Shown here piece by piece: positions 60,462-64,000 of a stretch of 64,000 bases of DNA. Origin of the DNA: Bacteroidota bacterium. Its GTDB lineage: Bacteria; Bacteroidota; Bacteroidia; CAILMK01; JAAYUY01. The position numbers and the translations under genes are program-made. Every line of letters starts with the position of its first letter. The stretch's first letter is position 1. The notes below the pieces were generated by a model. The model did not search any database, was not told the origin of the DNA, and saw only the letters and a program-made list of their open reading frames with translations. The stretch lies in the NCBI GenBank assembly GCA_016776505.1, contig JADHTG010000002.1:13852-77851 (forward strand), in the 5' to 3' direction.

Positions 60462-62894
60462 ATGAAAACATTATCTGCCATTTTATTATCATTATTAATT
60501 TCTTCTTACTCATACTCTCAATTCAGTATTAAGGGGAAAGTGCAGGATGCCAGTACAAAACAAATGCTGGCAGCTGCCAGTGTTTTAATTAAAGACTCCT
60601 ACAAGGGTACACAAACGGATGAGAATGGATCATTTGTATTTAGCAAACTGAAAAAAGGGCATTATTCTATTGAAATAAGTTATATCGGTTATTTCAGCAC
60701 AATAAAGTCTTTCTACCTAGATAGGCACACAGAGCTGACAATTGAACTGAATGCCAGTCCTCTGGTCCAGGAGGAAGTTATCATCGAGGCCACAAGGGCA
60801 GATGAAAATACACCTGTAACATTTCAGAACCTGGAGAAAAAAGACATTGAAACTGTAAATTTAGGAAAAGACCTTCCCATTTTATTGGAACAGACACCTT
60901 CTTTAGTCAGCACATCTGATGCCGGCGGGGGTGTGGGTTATACCAATTTATGGATCCGGGGAACAGATATGCAACGAATAAATGTGACGGTAAATGGCAT
61001 CCCGATAAATGATGCGGAATCTCATGGAGTATACTTTGTAGATTTACCCGATTTAGCCAGTTCAACAGCTGAAATACAAATACAAAGAGGAGTAGGCACT
61101 TCCACCAATGGAGCAGCTGCATTCGGAGCCAGTATTAATATCCTGACTGATGGGATTAATGAAAAACCTTATGCTGAAATCAATAATTCATTTGGCTCGT
61201 TTAACACACGAAAACATAATATATCAGCCGGAACAGGCTTAATTAAAGGAAAATGGACTTTGGACACCCGACTTTCAACTATTAGCTCAGATGGATACAT
61301 CGACAGAGCCTCATCCGATCTGAAATCGTATTTTGTTTCAGGAGCTTATTATGGGAAAAAAAGCTTTTTGAAAATTAATATTTTCTCTGGTTTTGAAGAA
61401 ACCTACCAGGCCTGGTATGGAGTACCAAAAGACCTGCTGCAAAGCAAGCGGACTTATAATCCCTACACCTATGATAATGAGGTGGACCATTATCAACAGG
61501 ATCATTACCAGGTCCATTATTCCGTGAATCTGAATAAAAAAATAAGTTTCAACTCAGCCTTGCATTATACCCATGGATACGGTTATTATGAACAATACAA
61601 ATCGGATAGAAAGTTCGAGGATTATGGATTGGAAGAGATTAAGCTGCAGGACACATTATTGCAAATCGGAAACGAGTATTTTATATTTCCTGACAGCAGC
61701 ATTCACTCCACCGATTTGATTCAACGGAAATGGCTGAACAACCATTTTTACGGATACATCGCTTCCCTGAAATTTGATAATGGCAAGAAAATGAGCGCAG
61801 TACTCAATTCTTCCTGGAATCAATACGTGGGAGATCACTTTGGAAACATCATATGGGCACAGTTTGCAAGCAATGGGGCAAAAGACCATGAATGGTATTT
61901 TAATTCCGGCAAGAAAAATGATTTCAACCTCTTTCTCAAAGTCAATTATGAATTGAGCTCAAACCTATTGGTTTATGCTGATTTTCAAATCCGGAGTATT
62001 GCTTATACAATAGAAGGGATTCACGATGATTTAAGAGATCTGGGCTTGCAAAAAGATTATCTCTTTTTAAATCCCAAAGCCGGGTTATTATATAAATTCA
62101 ACGAACTTCATCAAGCTTATTTTGCCTATGCCATTTCGAATCGGGAACCCAATCGTTCCAATTTCAGGGATGCAGATCCGGGTGAAATTCCACTTCCTGA
62201 GCGATTATTTGATTACGAGTTAGGACATAAATATTCCCGCAATAACTTGCACATTCAAGCGAATGCCTATTTAATGAACTACCACGATCAACTGGTGCTC
62301 ACTGGTGAAATCAATAATGTGGGAGCACCCATCATGACCAATGTGGCGAGTAGCTACCGGGCAGGATTGGAATTTGTTAGCTCTGTGAATATAGGTGGTC
62401 AAATAAAATGGTCGGCTAACCTGACCCTGAGTCAGAATAAAATCAGTGATTTCAAAGAATATGTTGACAACTGGAGCTATTGGGATAATCCTTCAACTGA
62501 ACCCTATCAGTATGAAAAGGAATTGGGAACCACTGATATTGCATTCTCCCCTCAGATTATTGCGGGAAGTAGCCTAAATTTCAGGATTCTCAGGGGATTT
62601 TCAATTGATCTTCAAACAAAATATGTAGGGAAACAGTTTATTGACAATACGTCCAACTCTGACCGATCATTAGATGCTTACCTGATCAATAATGTGCTGC
62701 TATCATACCATTTCAGTTTCAGAACTATAAAGAAGGTTCAATTACACCTTCATTTAAATAATATCCTGAATGAAGTATACGAAAGCAATGCATGGGTTTA
62801 CCGCTATTATTATGCAGGTGATCACTATGAAGACTATGGTTATTTTCCCCAGGCCGGTTTTAACTTCTTAGCAGGTGTCAGCATTGGTTTCTGA
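60462..62894 (+). CDS. TonB-dependent receptor (probable riboswitch-controlled thiamine outer-membrane transporter)
   Basis: 810 aa; signal peptide, carboxypeptidase-regulatory-like N-domain, plug and 22-strand barrel, C-terminal F. Confidence 0.85.
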   Translation: MKTLSAILLSLLISSYSYSQFSIKGKVQDASTKQMLAAASVLIKDSYKGTQTDENGSFVFSKLKKGHYSIEISYIGYFSTIKSFYLDRHTELTIELNASPLVQEEVIIEATRADENTPVTFQNLEKKDIETVNLGKDLPILLEQTPSLVSTSDAGGGVGYTNLWIRGTDMQRINVTVNGIPINDAESHGVYFVDLPDLASSTAEIQIQRGVGTSTNGAAAFGASINILTDGINEKPYAEINNSFGSFNTRKHNISAGTGLIKGKWTLDTRLSTISSDGYIDRASSDLKSYFVSGAYYGKKSFLKINIFSGFEETYQAWYGVPKDLLQSKRTYNPYTYDNEVDHYQQDHYQVHYSVNLNKKISFNSALHYTHGYGYYEQYKSDRKFEDYGLEEIKLQDTLLQIGNEYFIFPDSSIHSTDLIQRKWLNNHFYGYIASLKFDNGKKMSAVLNSSWNQYVGDHFGNIIWAQFASNGAKDHEWYFNSGKKNDFNLFLKVNYELSSNLLVYADFQIRSIAYTIEGIHDDLRDLGLQKDYLFLNPKAGLLYKFNELHQAYFAYAISNREPNRSNFRDADPGEIPLPERLFDYELGHKYSRNNLHIQANAYLMNYHDQLVLTGEINNVGAPIMTNVASSYRAGLEFVSSVNIGGQIKWSANLTLSQNKISDFKEYVDNWSYWDNPSTEPYQYEKELGTTDIAFSPQIIAGSSLNFRILRGFSIDLQTKYVGKQFIDNTSNSDRSLDAYLINNVLLSYHFSFRTIKKVQLHLHLNNILNEVYESNAWVYRYYYAGDHYEDYGYFPQAGFNFLAGVSIGF

Positions 62895-62975
62895 CATAAA
62901 TCTATCTTTCTTACATATAAATAAATGGATTTTCAGAACTTTGAGAAATTAATCTGTTTCTGAAAAAAATGTGCT

Positions 62976-63179
62976 ATGGTCAAGAAAAAAGAAGTTACTC
63001 AGCGTGTTGTTGGAAAATACAAGCTAGAATGCCCCATATGCAACCACGATGGTTTTTGGACCCGTGAAACCTTGATGAACACTCCCGGTATGACGATTTT
63101 GGGATTAGACTGGGCCAACAAAAACGCGGTGAACTACGTGTGTGATAACTGCAATTATATCATGTGGTTTAGCAAATAG
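62976..63179 (+). CDS. small zinc-ribbon protein (CPICN...CDNC)
   Basis: 67 aa with two CxxC pairs; sits 5 nt upstream of the next ORF. Confidence 0.45.
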   Translation: MVKKKEVTQRVVGKYKLECPICNHDGFWTRETLMNTPGMTILGLDWANKNAVNYVCDNCNYIMWFSK

Positions 63180-63184
63180 CGTGG

Positions 63185-64000
63185 ATGAATAATTTTCAAA
63201 ATCAAATTAGCTGGTTGCTGGAAGGGGATCCAAGCATTCGATTCCAAACAAAGAAGGACCTTCTTCACATTTCAGGTTCTGAGTTAATATCCGAACAGCA
63301 AAAAATTCTAACTGAAGGTTGGGGAAAACGCCTGATGGATAAACAGGAAGATAATGGAAGATGGGAAAACGCACTTTATTCCCCGAAATTCCGATCGACT
63401 TTTTATTCCCTCCTTTTGCTAAAAAATCTAAGAGCTCCTGTTTCAGCCAAAATCAACAAAGCCATCAATTTAATTCTTGATAAAGGATTTTATAATGATC
63501 ATGGTATTAATTTATGGCCATCCTGGAACAGAAGCGAAACCTGTGTTTCAGGAATGTTTCTCACAATAATGAGCCATTTTGCCCTGGACGATAAAAGAAC
63601 TCAAAAAATGTCAGAATTTCTTCTGAAAGAGCAAATGAAGGATGGCGGTTGGAACTGCAGGGCGCATAAAGGGGCTACACACGCCTCATTTCATACTACG
63701 ATGTCTGTGATGGAAGGATTATGGGAATTTCAGAAAAAACAAGGCGGGAAATCAGAAAGAATTGAAACAGCTTTGGCAAAAGGATTGGAATTTTTGCTCC
63801 AGCATCGACTTTACAGATCACATCGAACCGGAAAAATCGTGGATTACAAAATGACTAAAATGATTTTCCCGCCCCAATGGCAATTTGATTTTATGCGGTT
63901 CCTGGATTATGCCCAAGAGAAGAAAATTGCAAAAGATGAAAGACTGAATGAGGCTATTGAACTTATCTTTTCAAAGCAAACTCCTGAGGGCTTCTGGAAT
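63185..64000 (+). CDS. protein with prenyltransferase / squalene-oxidase-like alpha-alpha toroid repeats; N-terminal part, continues past window end
   Basis: Manual translation MNNFQNQISWLLEGDPSIRF... is open to position 64000; recurring DNGRWE, DGGWN and PEGFWN motifs resemble the PF00432-type repeat. Confidence 0.4.
   Translation, partial: MNNFQNQISWLLEGDPSIRFQTKKDLLHISGSELISEQQKILTEGWGKRLMDKQEDNGRWENALYSPKFRSTFYSLLLLKNLRAPVSAKINKAINLILDKGFYNDHGINLWPSWNRSETCVSGMFLTIMSHFALDDKRTQKMSEFLLKEQMKDGGWNCRAHKGATHASFHTTMSVMEGLWEFQKKQGGKSERIETALAKGLEFLLQHRLYRSHRTGKIVDYKMTKMIFPPQWQFDFMRFLDYAQEKKIAKDERLNEAIELIFSKQTPEGFWN

Overview
This 64-kb window looks like a Bacteroidetes-type chromosome segment, and most of it is ordinary housekeeping. 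The assignment rests on the low GC content, an A-rich translation-initiation context with no Shine-Dalgarno sequence, a -33 TTG / -7 TAnnTTTG promoter upstream of the tRNAs, and a type IX secretion (T9SS) C-terminal sorting domain. Recognised genes include rpsF-rpsR-rplI, dnaX, icd, an operon of pheT, a coiled-coil protein, zapA and rny, rocD, pyrB-pyrI, pabABC, ssb, arcC plus an ornithine carbamoyltransferase, a tandem adenylate kinase, an RND efflux triplet, rmuC, a PIF1-like helicase, htpG, yggS and rho. The window also carries two tandem tRNA-Gln genes (TTG and CTG) and a TPP riboswitch in front of a TonB-dependent receptor. The most unusual locus lies right after the tRNA-Gln pair. A free-standing 87-aa GIY-YIG nuclease gene reads through into a second copy of the last 32 nt of tRNA-Gln(CTG). 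That copy is split in its T-loop by a 63-nt GC-rich palindrome. The layout resembles a tRNA-targeting insertion flanked by an att-like repeat, but no integrase is present. Other points worth follow-up are listed under findings. They include an A11 slippage tract in dnaX with stop codons within two codons in both alternative frames, which is a candidate way of making a gamma subunit. They also include an adenylate kinase fused to a second, degenerate kinase domain. A KamA-family radical SAM protein with a 290-aa N-terminal extension sits next to an aminotransferase. A P-loop GTPase-like protein of the cDPG-synthetase family sits beside the arc genes. Several structured intergenic elements remain unexplained. 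One is a cloverleaf-like multi-hairpin with a heptamer tandem repeat upstream of ssb. Another is an array of GAAAGAC motifs between arcC and the carbamoyltransferase. A third is a long intergenic region carrying a 29-aa hydrophobic ORF followed by a strong terminator. No CRISPR array, integrase or transposase was seen.
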